A stretch of DNA of 64,000 bases from Vulcanimicrobiota bacterium (GTDB lineage Bacteria > Vulcanimicrobiota > Vulcanimicrobiia > Vulcanimicrobiales > Vulcanimicrobiaceae). The stretch spans positions 160,001 to 224,000 of the forward strand of contig CAWCIZ010000004.1 in assembly GCA_963795855.1 (NCBI GenBank), given 5' to 3'. The notes below the pieces were generated by a model. The model was not told the DNA's origin, ran no database searches, and worked only from the letters and a program-made list of their open reading frames with translations. How positions within the stretch are numbered: the first letter of the stretch is position 1; every line of letters begins with the position of its first letter. Made by a program: the position numbers and the translations under genes. Positions 28,799-39,164 of the stretch are shown here, piece by piece.

Positions 28799-30198
28799 AC
28801 GAGGAAACCGTCGCGTTCTCCGACGCCGTCCAGCTCGGACGGCTGGTAGCGAACAAGTCCGTCTCCTCGGTCGAACTGACGAATCTGTATCTTTCGCGTT
28901 TGGAAAAATACGGTACGTCTTACGGAGCCGTAGTGACGGTCATGCGCGAGCGCGCCCTTCGCGAGGCTCGAGCTGCGGATAAAGAACTTGCCGCGGGGCG
29001 ATCGCGCGGACCGCTTCACGGCGTTCCGTACGGCGTAAAAGATTTGCTTGCCGCAGTCGGCGCGCCCACTACATGGGGAGCGGCGCCGTATCGCAATCAA
29101 GTCTTCGACTACGACGCAAGCGTCGTGCAGAAGCTGCATGCCGCGGGCGCAGTATTGTGCGCAAAACTGGCCATGGTGGAACTCGCGGGCGGCTTCGGCT
29201 ACAACGACGCCGACGCGTCGTTCACCGGGCCGGGCCGAACGCCGTGGAATCGCGCGTATTGGAGCGGCGGTTCTTCCAGCGGTCCCGGCGCTGCAGTCGC
29301 CGCCGGCCTCGTCGGATTTGCGATCGGCTCGGAAACGAACGGATCGATCATGGTTCCGGCCGCATTTTGCGGCGTCAGCGGCTTGCGTCCGACCTATGGA
29401 CGGGTCAGCCGCCACGGAGCGATGGCGCTGATGTGGACTTCCGACAAACTCGGGCCGCTGTGCCGGTCGGCACGCGATGCGGAGGTCGTTCTAAAAACGA
29501 TCGCGGGACACGATCCGAATGACGCAACCTCGCGCGACCGCGCATTTCCCGCCGTTCGCGGACGGCGGCCCAAGCTTGCCGTCGTAAAGAACGCGATCGC
29601 GAAGACGATGCCCGCCATCGCGAAAAATTTCGAAGCATCGCTCGACGTGCTCCGCGAATTTTGCGATCTCGCACCGAACGTAACGCTGCCGAAGGGACCG
29701 TACGGCGCGGTCTTCGGCGCGATCTTCAACGGCGAGTGCGCGTCCGCGTTTCGCGATCTCATCGAGAGCGGGCGTTCGCGCGAACTGCAGTCCGTCGACG
29801 ACAGAATCGGCGGATACGAAGCCTACGGCTCACTCGCCGTCGATTACGTGGACGGCATGCGCCGTCGCGCGATTCTCAACGCGGAACTCGATCGGGCGCT
29901 CTCGCGGTACGATGCCGTGGTCTATCCGACGCTGCCGACGGTCGCGTATCCGGTGGGCATTCCGTTCGACAAGGCCTATCCCGACAAATATTCCGGCGAA
30001 ATCGAAATGGGCAGTCCCGGCAACCTGGCCGGTTTGCCGGCGCTGAGCGTGCCCAACGGTTTTGGAGATCACGGATTGCCCACGGGCCTTGCGCTCATGG
30101 GACGACCGTGGGGCGAGCTGCAATTGACGCAAATAGCGAAGGCGTATCAAACGCGCACCCGGTTTCATTTGCAGCATCCCGTTTTGCACGCCGTTTAG
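28795..30198 (+). CDS. Amidase-signature family enzyme
   Basis: GPLHGVPYGVKD, GGSSSG, GSETNGSI (Lys-Ser-Ser triad). Confidence 0.93.
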   Translation: MNEETVAFSDAVQLGRLVANKSVSSVELTNLYLSRLEKYGTSYGAVVTVMRERALREARAADKELAAGRSRGPLHGVPYGVKDLLAAVGAPTTWGAAPYRNQVFDYDASVVQKLHAAGAVLCAKLAMVELAGGFGYNDADASFTGPGRTPWNRAYWSGGSSSGPGAAVAAGLVGFAIGSETNGSIMVPAAFCGVSGLRPTYGRVSRHGAMALMWTSDKLGPLCRSARDAEVVLKTIAGHDPNDATSRDRAFPAVRGRRPKLAVVKNAIAKTMPAIAKNFEASLDVLREFCDLAPNVTLPKGPYGAVFGAIFNGECASAFRDLIESGRSRELQSVDDRIGGYEAYGSLAVDYVDGMRRRAILNAELDRALSRYDAVVYPTLPTVAYPVGIPFDKAYPDKYSGEIEMGSPGNLAGLPALSVPNGFGDHGLPTGLALMGRPWGELQLTQIAKAYQTRTRFHLQHPVLHAV

Positions 30199-30203
30199 CA
30201 CGC

Positions 30204-31037
30204 TTGGCGATTCTCTTCGGGCTGCTTGCGGCCGCCTTTTACGGAGCGGCGGACTTTTGCGGCGGCCTCGCCACGCGCAGCAGCAGCATGTTCGCGGTGG
30301 CGGTTGTTTCGCAGGGCGCCGGTTTCGTTCTGCTGTTTGCGGCTCTGCCGCTGCTGCCCGGACGGTTCACGGACGACGCAGTGCTGTACGGCCTGCTCGG
30401 CGGCGCATGCGGCGGCGCGGGAATCCTGCTGCTGTATCACGCGCTATCGATCGGCAAAATGGGCGTCGTGTCGCCGATCACCGCCGTGCTGGCCGCTTCG
30501 CTTCCCGTGGTCGCGGGCATTGCGCGCGGCGAGCGCTTGAGCCCGTGGCAATTCGCGGGCATCGCCGTGGCGCTGACGGCGGTCGTGCTGATTTCGTTCT
30601 CGAACGAACCGGACGGACGCATCGAACTCTCGACCGCCGGCGTTCGCGAGGCAATTGCATCGGGGTTTCTTCTGGGCGGGTTCTACATATGTTTGGCGCT
30701 TGCGGGAAAGACGGCGGGCCTTTACCCGCTGCTCTTTGCGCGTTTCGGATCGATGGCACTGCTCGCACTCGCGGCGCTGTTTTTGAAGCGCCCGCTTTGG
30801 CCGGCTGCCGCGTACCTGCCGCTCGTGCTTTTCGCGGGCGCTTTGGACATGAGCGCAAACATCCTCTACCTTAGCGCGGTGTATGCGGGGTATCTTTCGA
30901 TAGCTGCCGTTCTGACGTCGCTCTATCCGGCAAGCACGGTGTTTCTGGCTCGGTTCGTACTCGGCGAGCGTCTCGCGGGCGTGCAAAAGATCGGCGTGGC
31001 GCTCGCGCTCGCCGGCGTAGCGCTCATCGCAAGCTGA
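30204..31037 (+). CDS. EamA/DMT family transporter
   Basis: TTG at 30204; about 10 TM helices; YGAADFCGG and LTSLYP...LGERL. Confidence 0.88.
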   Translation: MAILFGLLAAAFYGAADFCGGLATRSSSMFAVAVVSQGAGFVLLFAALPLLPGRFTDDAVLYGLLGGACGGAGILLLYHALSIGKMGVVSPITAVLAASLPVVAGIARGERLSPWQFAGIAVALTAVVLISFSNEPDGRIELSTAGVREAIASGFLLGGFYICLALAGKTAGLYPLLFARFGSMALLALAALFLKRPLWPAAAYLPLVLFAGALDMSANILYLSAVYAGYLSIAAVLTSLYPASTVFLARFVLGERLAGVQKIGVALALAGVALIAS

Positions 31038-31038
31038 T

Positions 31039-31884
31039 TCAGCTGCTTCGGCGGATGTTCGCGAGTTGCGAGGCGTGAATGTATCGCGCGAGCTCTTCGC
31101 GTGCCATGCCGTCGACCTCGAGAAACTGTAATTCGTAGGAGTCGCGGCGCCGCGAATCTTTAACCGCTCCCAGCACGCGCGCACGCAGTTTGAGTTGCGC
31201 GAACGGGCGGCGCAAATACTTGCGGGGCACGCGGCGGTAACCGAACGGTCCGACGACGAGTTCGTCGTCTTTACCTTTGTGCACGCCGAGCACGTGCTCG
31301 GGCAGCGCGAACTGTAGAACGAGAACCGCTCCCGCTCGCAGCTGCTGCTCGCAACGCAGGCGCAAGCCGTTGCCGGTAACGTCCGAGGCCGACGCGGTCT
31401 TAGCGATCGCGCGCACGTCGTCCGCACGAAATGCGACCTGAAAGTCGTCGGGCACGCGATAGCCGGTGAACTGCGAAATGTCGACGAGCGAGGTGTCGTA
31501 GCTGCGCGCGGAAGCGGTGCGTTTGGCAAGCATCGCCGCCTCGCGCGACAACGCATCGGCATCGTCTGCCGGAATTTGTTCGAGCGCGACGGCATACTCG
31601 AAACCTACGCCGCCGTTTCGCGGAGTGTATCGCGCTGCAATAGCACCCGTCAGCGTCAGCAACTTTCCGTCCGTCAAGCGCCATTCGAACGAAACGGACG
31701 TGCCGCGCTCCAAAAGCATCCAGGAGCGCAAACGGCAGCCGGCCAACGCGATATGAAGCAAGGTCGCTTGCACGGGTTCCTTTACCCCGCGCAAACGAAG
31801 CCGCACCGGCACGTCGAAGCTCTGCTTGACGGCAGGCTGGTCGTTCGTTTGCTGCTCCGCCAAAGGCTTGCTTAACCAGGACAT
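31039..31884 (-). CDS. Tandem PilZ-like domain protein
   Basis: Two beta-rich repeats with HIALAGCRL and DVTGNGLRL (D/NxSxxG-like), each followed by a beta strand and helix. Confidence 0.65.
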   Translation of the reverse strand: MSWLSKPLAEQQTNDQPAVKQSFDVPVRLRLRGVKEPVQATLLHIALAGCRLRSWMLLERGTSVSFEWRLTDGKLLTLTGAIAARYTPRNGGVGFEYAVALEQIPADDADALSREAAMLAKRTASARSYDTSLVDISQFTGYRVPDDFQVAFRADDVRAIAKTASASDVTGNGLRLRCEQQLRAGAVLVLQFALPEHVLGVHKGKDDELVVGPFGYRRVPRKYLRRPFAQLKLRARVLGAVKDSRRRDSYELQFLEVDGMAREELARYIHASQLANIRRSS

Positions 31885-31983
31885 CACTGAAAAGCGTACT
31901 ATGGCAAGCTTGCTCTGTCAGCGGCCAAAGGGACGAAGGATCGTCAATATTGTGTTAGGCTGCGCGTCCGTTTAACGCATTTC

Positions 31984-33060
31984 TTACAACGTCGACCAGA
32001 CCTCGAGCTTACGCTTTACGCGCGCTATGACGCCGTCAGTGAAATCCGTCGTCGAAGCGTGGCCGCCGAGGTCGCTGGTTTTCAGACCTTCGTGAACGGC
32101 TTCCAGCGTCGACTCGTAAATTGCGCGAGACGCGTTTTGCGCGCGTTTGTCTTCCATATATGAGAGCAGCGCGGCGCTCGCGAGAATCATCGCCATCGGG
32201 TTCGCCACGTTCTTTCCGAATAGCCGCGGAGCAGTTCCGTGGGGCGCCTCCGCCATGACGACCGACGGTTTGAGCTGCTCGTCGAAAGATAGCAGCACCG
32301 ATTCCGCGCCGGCGATCGATCCGAACAGCTGCATTACCAGGTCCGAAAGACAGTCGCCGTCGCGATTGAGCGACGGGATGACCAGCGGCGACTCGCCATC
32401 GGTGCTCAGCAGCAGCGCATACGTCGCGTCGATCAGCTGCGGCTCGTACGCGACATTCGGATGACGCTGCGCGGCGGCGTCCATTTCCTCTTTCAGCATG
32501 CCTTCGTATACCGGGCTCACCGTGTATTTTGGTCCGCCGAAAACTTTGGCATGCACGCGCTGCGCATGTTGAAACGCGTACTCCGCGACGAATCGGCAAA
32601 CCCCGCGTTCGATTGCCTCGGTGCGATACGCGATTTCGGCAGCGCCTTCGCCTTCCCGCCATTCTTTCGCGCCGTACGCGTCGCCGACGGCCATGCGCAC
32701 GACGGAAATCGGTGCATGAATGCCCGCTACCGGGCGTATTCCGGGCATGCGGCGCCCAGTGCGAACGATGACTTTACCGTCGACGGCCCTGCGCAGGATC
32801 GCGTTCGGCGAGCCGACGTCGCCTTTCGTTTCAGGCGTGATCGTCGCGGCTTTCAAACCGTAGCGCGCGCGTCTCATCGCTTCGGCTGCGTCTTGCACCA
32901 CGGCGTTCTGCGTCGCGCGGCGGTTCCCGAGCGAAAGATCGTGCCGTTCGAACGTCAGCTCCACGTCTATGACGGAGCGATCGAGCACGCGAAGCGCTTC
33001 GAGCAGTAATTCTTGTCCGGTTTCGTCGCCTTCGAGAACGACGATGGTTGGCGGGGTCAA
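31984..33060 (-). CDS. Isocitrate/isopropylmalate dehydrogenase family protein
   Basis: AGGAG RBS, TTG at 33060; LEGDETG, KAATITP, NRDGDCLSD, EAPHGTAP, NPMAMIL. Confidence 0.92.
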   Translation of the reverse strand: MTPPTIVVLEGDETGQELLLEALRVLDRSVIDVELTFERHDLSLGNRRATQNAVVQDAAEAMRRARYGLKAATITPETKGDVGSPNAILRRAVDGKVIVRTGRRMPGIRPVAGIHAPISVVRMAVGDAYGAKEWREGEGAAEIAYRTEAIERGVCRFVAEYAFQHAQRVHAKVFGGPKYTVSPVYEGMLKEEMDAAAQRHPNVAYEPQLIDATYALLLSTDGESPLVIPSLNRDGDCLSDLVMQLFGSIAGAESVLLSFDEQLKPSVVMAEAPHGTAPRLFGKNVANPMAMILASAALLSYMEDKRAQNASRAIYESTLEAVHEGLKTSDLGGHASTTDFTDGVIARVKRKLEVWSTL

Positions 33061-33096
33061 ATGAACTCCTATGCTGATGACGAAAGAATCTACTCC

Positions 33097-35229
33097 ATGG
33101 CACGCGTACGCCGTAAGGCGACCGCGAAAACGCGACTGAACTTTGAGATCGCCGGCATCGCCGCGATCGGACTTGCCGTCCTTCTTGGAATCGCGCTGGC
33201 TCTGCCGGCGGCGCGCGCCGGTATCGCCGGCGGCGCCACCGCTGCGGGCCTGAGCGCCCTGTTTGGAGGCGCCGCTCCGCTTTTCCCGGTGCTCGTCGCG
33301 TTCTTCGGGGCGATCGTTTTCCTGGAGATCAACGTGCCCCGCATGCTCGCGACGCTCGGCTCGGCGTCGCTCGCATCCTTTCTTCTCATCGACGCGGCTC
33401 TCGCGCGCCGCGGCGGGTGGATAGGCAGCGAGCTGTGGGCGGCCCTGCGAACCCTCTTCGGCGTTCCCGGCGCGCGCATCGTACTCGTGCTTGCCGCGAT
33501 TCTGCTTGCGGTCTGGATGAGCAACGTTTCCGTCAAAAAACTCATCGGATGGCTCGTTCTGAACGCGTCGAAACTGCGCGTTCCGCGCCTGCCGCTCGTG
33601 CCGCGCATCGCGATTCCCGCGCCGCGCGCGCAAAAGCCGGCGGAGTCTTTCGATTTGGTTCCGGTTGCGGCGGCGCGGGCGTCCGCGCCGACCATCGTGG
33701 TCGAAGATGAAACCGAGGGCGACGACGAGCCGCCGTTCGACGAAGACGATGACGCCGAAACGGACGACCTGTGCGCCGACGAAGGCGAATACGAGCCGCC
33801 GACGCCCGCCGTGCATGGGGACGTCGTTTATCGTCTTCCCGACTTGGCGCTCTTCGATCCGCCGCAGGCGCAGATCGCGGACGACTCGAGCCGCTCGCAC
33901 GTCTTGGAGGACACGCTCGCTTCGTTCGGCGTCGGGGCGAAGGTCGTGCACATCGAACGCGGCCCCTCCATTACGCGATACGAGTTGCGGCCCGAACGCG
34001 GGGTGAAAATTTCGAAGATCGCCTCGCTCTCGGACGACATCGCGCTCGCGCTTGCGGCGACGAGCGTGCGAATCGAGGCGCCGATCCCCGGCAAGTCCGC
34101 CGTCGGCATCGAGGTGCCGAACAAAACGATTTCCACCGTGGCAATTCGAGAGATCTTCGAATCGCTTCCGCAGCGCGGACAAGTGCCGCCGCTTTGGATG
34201 GCGCTCGGCAAGGACATCACCGGGCGGCCCGTATTCGGCGACCTCGGAAAGATGCCGCATCTGCTCGTCGCGGGCGCCACCGGCTCCGGAAAATCGGTCT
34301 GTCTGAATACCATAATCGCATCTCTGCTGGTAAGCGCGACGCCCGATCAAGTGCAGATGCTGATGATCGATCCCAAACGCGTGGAACTGACCGTCTACAA
34401 CGGCATTCCGCACCTCATCAAGGACGTCATTACGGACGCGCGGCTCGCAGCCGGTGCGCTGTTCGAGATGACCAAGGAGATGGACGTGCGCTACGAGCGT
34501 TTCGCGAAGGCGGGCGTGCGAAAGATCGAAGAGTACAACGCGAAGTTTCCCGATGAGAAACTGCCGTACGTCGTAATCGTCATCGACGAACTCGCCGACC
34601 TCATGCTGGTTGCGCCCGCGAAGGTCGAAACGACGATCATGCGTCTGGCGCAGCTGGCGCGCGCGACGGGCATCCACCTCATCGTCGCGACGCAGCGGCC
34701 TTCGGTCGACGTCATCACGGGCCTCATAAAGGCGAACATCCCATCGCGTATTGCGTTCGCGGTGAGTTCGCAAGTCGACTCGCGCACGATTCTCGACATG
34801 GCCGGCGCCGAACGTCTGCTCGGACGCGGCGACATGCTCTACTTGCCGATCGACGCACCGAAACCCGTGCGCGCTCAGGGCGCGCTCATTACGGGCGGCG
34901 AAGTGAATCGCCTCGTCGATTTCTGGGCGAAGCAAGGCCGCCCCGAAAATCTTCTCGACGTCGAAGTCGTGCCGATTTCCGATGACGACGCCGGCAAGAA
35001 GGATGCGGATCCGCTTTGTTACGACGCCGCGAAATTCATCATCGAAAGCAATTACGCTTCGACTGCGGCGCTGCAGTCGCAGTTTTCGATCGGTCATCCG
35101 CGCGCCGTCCGCGTCATGAAGCAGTTGGAAGAGTTCAAAGTCGTCGGGCCGCACGAAGGAACGAAACCCAGGCGCATTCTCATCGGCCTTGGCGAACTCG
35201 AACAGATCAGCTCCGCGGCTCGGGCGTGA
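33097..35229 (+). CDS. ftsK: DNA translocase FtsK
   Basis: N-terminal TMs, PHLLVAGATGSGKS, IDELADLM, ATQRPSVDVITG, gamma domain. Confidence 0.96.
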   Translation: MARVRRKATAKTRLNFEIAGIAAIGLAVLLGIALALPAARAGIAGGATAAGLSALFGGAAPLFPVLVAFFGAIVFLEINVPRMLATLGSASLASFLLIDAALARRGGWIGSELWAALRTLFGVPGARIVLVLAAILLAVWMSNVSVKKLIGWLVLNASKLRVPRLPLVPRIAIPAPRAQKPAESFDLVPVAAARASAPTIVVEDETEGDDEPPFDEDDDAETDDLCADEGEYEPPTPAVHGDVVYRLPDLALFDPPQAQIADDSSRSHVLEDTLASFGVGAKVVHIERGPSITRYELRPERGVKISKIASLSDDIALALAATSVRIEAPIPGKSAVGIEVPNKTISTVAIREIFESLPQRGQVPPLWMALGKDITGRPVFGDLGKMPHLLVAGATGSGKSVCLNTIIASLLVSATPDQVQMLMIDPKRVELTVYNGIPHLIKDVITDARLAAGALFEMTKEMDVRYERFAKAGVRKIEEYNAKFPDEKLPYVVIVIDELADLMLVAPAKVETTIMRLAQLARATGIHLIVATQRPSVDVITGLIKANIPSRIAFAVSSQVDSRTILDMAGAERLLGRGDMLYLPIDAPKPVRAQGALITGGEVNRLVDFWAKQGRPENLLDVEVVPISDDDAGKKDADPLCYDAAKFIIESNYASTAALQSQFSIGHPRAVRVMKQLEEFKVVGPHEGTKPRRILIGLGELEQISSAARA

Positions 35230-35906
35230 CGACGGAGGGCAGCAGGATCTCTTCGCAACCGGCAGTTGAAGCGCGCGTCGACGCGCGTCGACTTCTCGCA
35301 CTCGTCATTCCCGCGGTCGTGTTCTTCGCCGGATTCATGTGGCTCGGTTTTTACGTGCGTACGCACGGTGAACCCCCCGCATTATGGGCGTTCGCGCAAG
35401 CCGTGCGCGGCCGCGCGATCGGCTTGGCGTGGGCGTTCACGAACGCCGGCTACGCCTACGTTCTGGCGCCGCTGTACGCGCTATGCATCGTGCTTGCGAT
35501 AGTTAGTCCGCGCTGGCGAGTTCCGGCGCTTTTCGTGGTTGCGGTTGCGCTCGTATGCTGGGGAGCTGCCGACGCGTTCCAGCACTTTTTCGCGCGGCCT
35601 CGCCGAGGCGACTGGCTCATTCGCCACGAGCACGCCTTTTCGTATCCGAGTTCGCACGCGGCGATTTGCACCGGCTTTTATTTTCTGTGGGGCTTGGTCT
35701 TGCTCAAGTCGGAGCTTGCGACGTGGCTGCGACGCGCATCGTTCGTGCTGCTCGGCGCGCTGACGCTCGGGATAATCTGGTCGCGTCTGGCGCTCGGTGC
35801 GCACTATCCTACGGACGTGATCGGCGGGACGGTGCTTGCCGCCGTCATCGTATTGCTCGCGTTTGCGCTCGCCCGAACCGCGGGCGCCCGCCTGCTCGAG
35901 CGGTAA
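35226..35906 (+). CDS. PAP2 family phosphatase
   Basis: GTGA overlap with ftsK; RPR, SYPSSH, SRLALGAHYPTDV. Confidence 0.88.
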   Translation: MTTEGSRISSQPAVEARVDARRLLALVIPAVVFFAGFMWLGFYVRTHGEPPALWAFAQAVRGRAIGLAWAFTNAGYAYVLAPLYALCIVLAIVSPRWRVPALFVVAVALVCWGAADAFQHFFARPRRGDWLIRHEHAFSYPSSHAAICTGFYFLWGLVLLKSELATWLRRASFVLLGALTLGIIWSRLALGAHYPTDVIGGTVLAAVIVLLAFALARTAGARLLER

Positions 35907-35969
35907 GAAGCGAAAAGTCCTTGGCCGCGCCAGGGCCGATGCCGTACAGTACGAACCGTGGCAAGTGCA

Positions 35970-37117
35970 ATGGATTCAGCGCTCAAAGCTCTAGAACGAA
36001 AAGTAAAAGAAGGCGTTCCGCTCTCGATAGAGGACGGGATGACGCTCTTCAGGACGCCCGACATTCACAGCCTGGGGCGGATGGCTCGCGCCGCGAAGGA
36101 ACGCAAGAGCGGAAAGAAAGTCTTTTACGTTCTCAACCGTTACATCAATTCGACGAACGTTTGTTACGCCGGCTGCAAGTTCTGTTCGTTCGCGGTCGGA
36201 CGAGTTCAAGGAACGCGAGCGCGTGGTGCGCATGCCTGCCGACGAAGTATTCGAAAAGGCGCTCGAAACCGGAGATAACTTCAACCAGATTCACATCGTC
36301 GGCGGTCACGATCCGCGTCAGCTTTCGCTCGATTATTGGCTGCCTCTCATGCGCCGCTTCAAACAGCGACTTCCGCACGTTCAGACTTTCGCTGTTCACC
36401 GCCGCGGAAATCGACTACATGGCCAAGCGGCACCGCATGAGCTATCCGCAAATCATCGCCGAATTCAAAGCAGCGGGTTTGGACAACGTGAACGGGGGCG
36501 GTGCGGAGATCTTCGCGGAGGAAACGCGCAAGAAAATCTGCCCGAATAAGGTCGGTTCCGACAATTGGCTGGCAATTCACGAAGAGCTGCATCGCCAGGG
36601 TATCGCCTCGAACGCGACGATGCTGTACGGCCACATCGAATCATTGGAAGACCGGCTCGATCATCTCGTACGCCTTCGCGAATCGCAGGAGCGCTCGCCT
36701 GGGTACAACGCATTCATTCCGCTGGCGTTTCATCCCGACGGCAACGAGTTGAACGACTGCGGCTGGACGACGGGTCTGGACGACATCCGCATGTTCGCCG
36801 TAGCGCGCCTGATGCTCGACAATTTCGATCACGTCAAAGCGTACTGGATGATCCAAGGCCTCAAGGTATGTCAAGTTGCGCTCCACTTCGGTGCCGACGA
36901 CATGGACGGCACCCACGGCAGCACGGACGAGGAAATGATCTATCACAGCGCCGGCACGCGTTCCGGGCAGTACGTGGACGACCGCGAGTTTCGCCGGCTC
37001 ATCCAGGAAGCGGGTTACGTTCCGGTGCGCCGCAACTCGACGTACGACGAGTTCCCATGGGACTGGACGCCGGCACAAATCGAGTCGCCGGTCCGCGGTG
37101 ACGTCATCACGGTATGA
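35970..37117 (+). CDS. mqnE: Aminofutalosine synthase, radical SAM (extra bases at ~36196 and 36385)
   Basis: NSTNVCYAGCKFCSF; GGGAEIF, NATMLYGHIE, HVKAYW, GADDMDGT; three frames join after removing two bases. Confidence 0.85.
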
Positions 37118-37947
37118 TCTTGCGCAGCAGCCGCATGCGGTACGTTAACGATCTGCCGATCTACGCGGCGTTCGACGAAGGCGTGATCGACTATCCGGGA
37201 ACGCTCGTCGCCGATGTGCCGGCGCGGTTGAACGCCATGATGCGCGAAGGCGAACTGGATATGGGGCCCGTCAGTGCGTTCGAATACGCGCTCGACGCCG
37301 AGCGATACGTGCTTCTGCCCGACCTGTGCATCGGCGCGCGCGAAGAAATCGTGTCCGTTCTGCTCATCTCCTCGCTGCCGCCCGCATTGCTCGACGGCAT
37401 GAAGATTGCGACGACGAAAGAATCGGCGAGCGGTCGAAACCTGCTTCGCGTTCTGCTCGAACGCCGGTACAAAGTGCACGCGCAATTTGTTGAAGTGGAA
37501 GATCCGTTGACGCATGCGCGCAGCGGTGAGGCGGCGATGGTGATCGGCGATGACGCTATCGACGCCGCATTTGAATTTCCCAGCGAGCAGGTCTACGACT
37601 TGGGCAGTCTTTGGCGAGACTGGACCGGAGAGCAATCGGTCACCGCGGTGTGGGTCGCTCGGCGCGAGGTGTTCGAGCGGCGCGTGGACGACGTTCGAGC
37701 GTGTCTGCATGCGCTGACCGATGCGTATTCCTGGGGCCGCGCGCATCGCAATCGGGTCATCGCGCTCGCGCAATCGCTCAAACCGCGCCCGGCCGGCTTC
37801 TATGAAATCTACTACGGCAAGTTGAACTTCACGTTTCATTCAGCCGCGCAGCGCGGGCTCGCCGCGTACTGCCGGGAACTGCACGCCGTCGGCGCGATCG
37901 AGAAAATTCCGCCGTTCGTACCGGAGGTCATCGGTGTCGCTCAATAG
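37114..37947 (+). CDS. mqnA: Chorismate dehydratase (menaquinone futalosine pathway)
   Basis: YVNDLP, VIGDDA, YDLGSLW...AVW; lies between mqnE and mqnC. Confidence 0.88.
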   Translation: MILRSSRMRYVNDLPIYAAFDEGVIDYPGTLVADVPARLNAMMREGELDMGPVSAFEYALDAERYVLLPDLCIGAREEIVSVLLISSLPPALLDGMKIATTKESASGRNLLRVLLERRYKVHAQFVEVEDPLTHARSGEAAMVIGDDAIDAAFEFPSEQVYDLGSLWRDWTGEQSVTAVWVARREVFERRVDDVRACLHALTDAYSWGRAHRNRVIALAQSLKPRPAGFYEIYYGKLNFTFHSAAQRGLAAYCRELHAVGAIEKIPPFVPEVIGVAQ

Positions 37948-39016
37948 TCTGCTCGAAAAAGCCGCAGGCGGCGGGCGCTTGTCGTTCGACGAAGGCGTGC
38001 GCTTATACGAGGACGCGGATCTTCACGATCTGGGCGCCGCAGCGTACGCGCGGCGGATGCAGCTCTATCCCACGAATGTCGTTACCTACGTCATCGACAC
38101 CACGATCAACTACACGAACGTGTGCAACGTGCACTGCACTTTCTGCGCGTTTTTCCGGCCGGAGAAACACAAAGAAGGCTACACGATGTCGCACGACCAG
38201 GTCCTTGCGCGCGTAAAACACGCTGCGGATCAGGGCGCGACGCAGATCATGATTCAAGGCGGCGTGAACCCCGATCTTCGCCTGGAATGGTTTGAGCGTC
38301 TGTTCCGGCGCGTCGCCGCGGAATATCCGCACGTCGACGTCCACTCGCTTTCCGTTTCCGAGGTCGTCGGACTCTCGCGCGTCGAGGAGTTGCCGGTGCG
38401 CGAGGTGCTGGCGCGCCTCAAAGCGGCGGGCATGAAATCGCTGCCCGGCGCCGGCGCGGAAATATTGGTGGAACGAGTTCGCAAGCGTATCAGCGCGCGC
38501 AAGGTAAAACCCGACGAATGGCTCGGCGTGATGCGTGAAGCGCAATTGCTCGGCATGCCGACCACCGCGACGATGATGTTCGGCTCGATTGAAACGCATG
38601 CCGAGCGAATCGAACACCTCGACGTCATCCGCGCGCTGCAGGATGAAACCGGCGGGTTCACCGCGTTTATTCCCTGGTATTACGTCCCGTGGAAAACGCC
38701 GCTGCGCGGAAAAGAAGCAACGGGTCTGGAGTACTTGCGGGTGCTCGCGATTTCGCGGCTGTACTTGGACAACGTCGCGCATCTGCAGGCGTCTTGGCTT
38801 ACCCCGGGCCTGAAAATGGGCCAGCTTGCCTTGTTCTACGGCTGCGACGACATGGGCGGAACTATCATCGAGGAGCAGGTCGTGCACGATGCGGGTTCGA
38901 CGAATGAAGCGACGCGCCGCGATCTGGAGCGCATCGTCATCGAAGCCGGGTTCACGCCCGTTATTCGGGACACGTACTGGAACACGAGACGCGACGTCAC
39001 TCTGGCGACCGCGTAG
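37934..39016 (+). CDS. mqnC: Cyclic dehypoxanthinyl futalosine synthase
   Basis: INYTNVCNVHCTFCAF, PGAGAEIL, TATMMFG, FTAFIPW, QASWLT. Confidence 0.92.
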   Translation: MSLNSLLEKAAGGGRLSFDEGVRLYEDADLHDLGAAAYARRMQLYPTNVVTYVIDTTINYTNVCNVHCTFCAFFRPEKHKEGYTMSHDQVLARVKHAADQGATQIMIQGGVNPDLRLEWFERLFRRVAAEYPHVDVHSLSVSEVVGLSRVEELPVREVLARLKAAGMKSLPGAGAEILVERVRKRISARKVKPDEWLGVMREAQLLGMPTTATMMFGSIETHAERIEHLDVIRALQDETGGFTAFIPWYYVPWKTPLRGKEATGLEYLRVLAISRLYLDNVAHLQASWLTPGLKMGQLALFYGCDDMGGTIIEEQVVHDAGSTNEATRRDLERIVIEAGFTPVIRDTYWNTRRDVTLATA

Positions 39017-39164
39017 CAGCCCTGCTCGGCGTTTTACCGAGGGATCGTCCGGACCAACCCCGACAGTCCAAAATATTGTATGCTTGGTCTGACAGGCGAC
39101 ACGAGCTTTGTTAGGAAACGGGCTAGTATTAACTGCGCTTATTTGCCGCGAGGTTTTTCTTTCA

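Noticed and set aside
28493..30198. gatC-gatA of the Glu-tRNA amidotransferase
   Set aside because: No gatB adjacent, the small ORF has an export-like leader, and the amidase lacks GatA-typical NMDEFAMG.
33061..35301. 1105-aa version of the dehydrogenase ORF
   Set aside because: The extension is the antisense shadow of ftsK; the family motifs and RBS begin at 33060.
35970..37117. mqnE, two ABC genes and the DUF2079-like gene as true pseudogenes
   Set aside because: No in-frame stops or decay; the single-base insertions share a sequence context and also hit prfB, favouring artefact.
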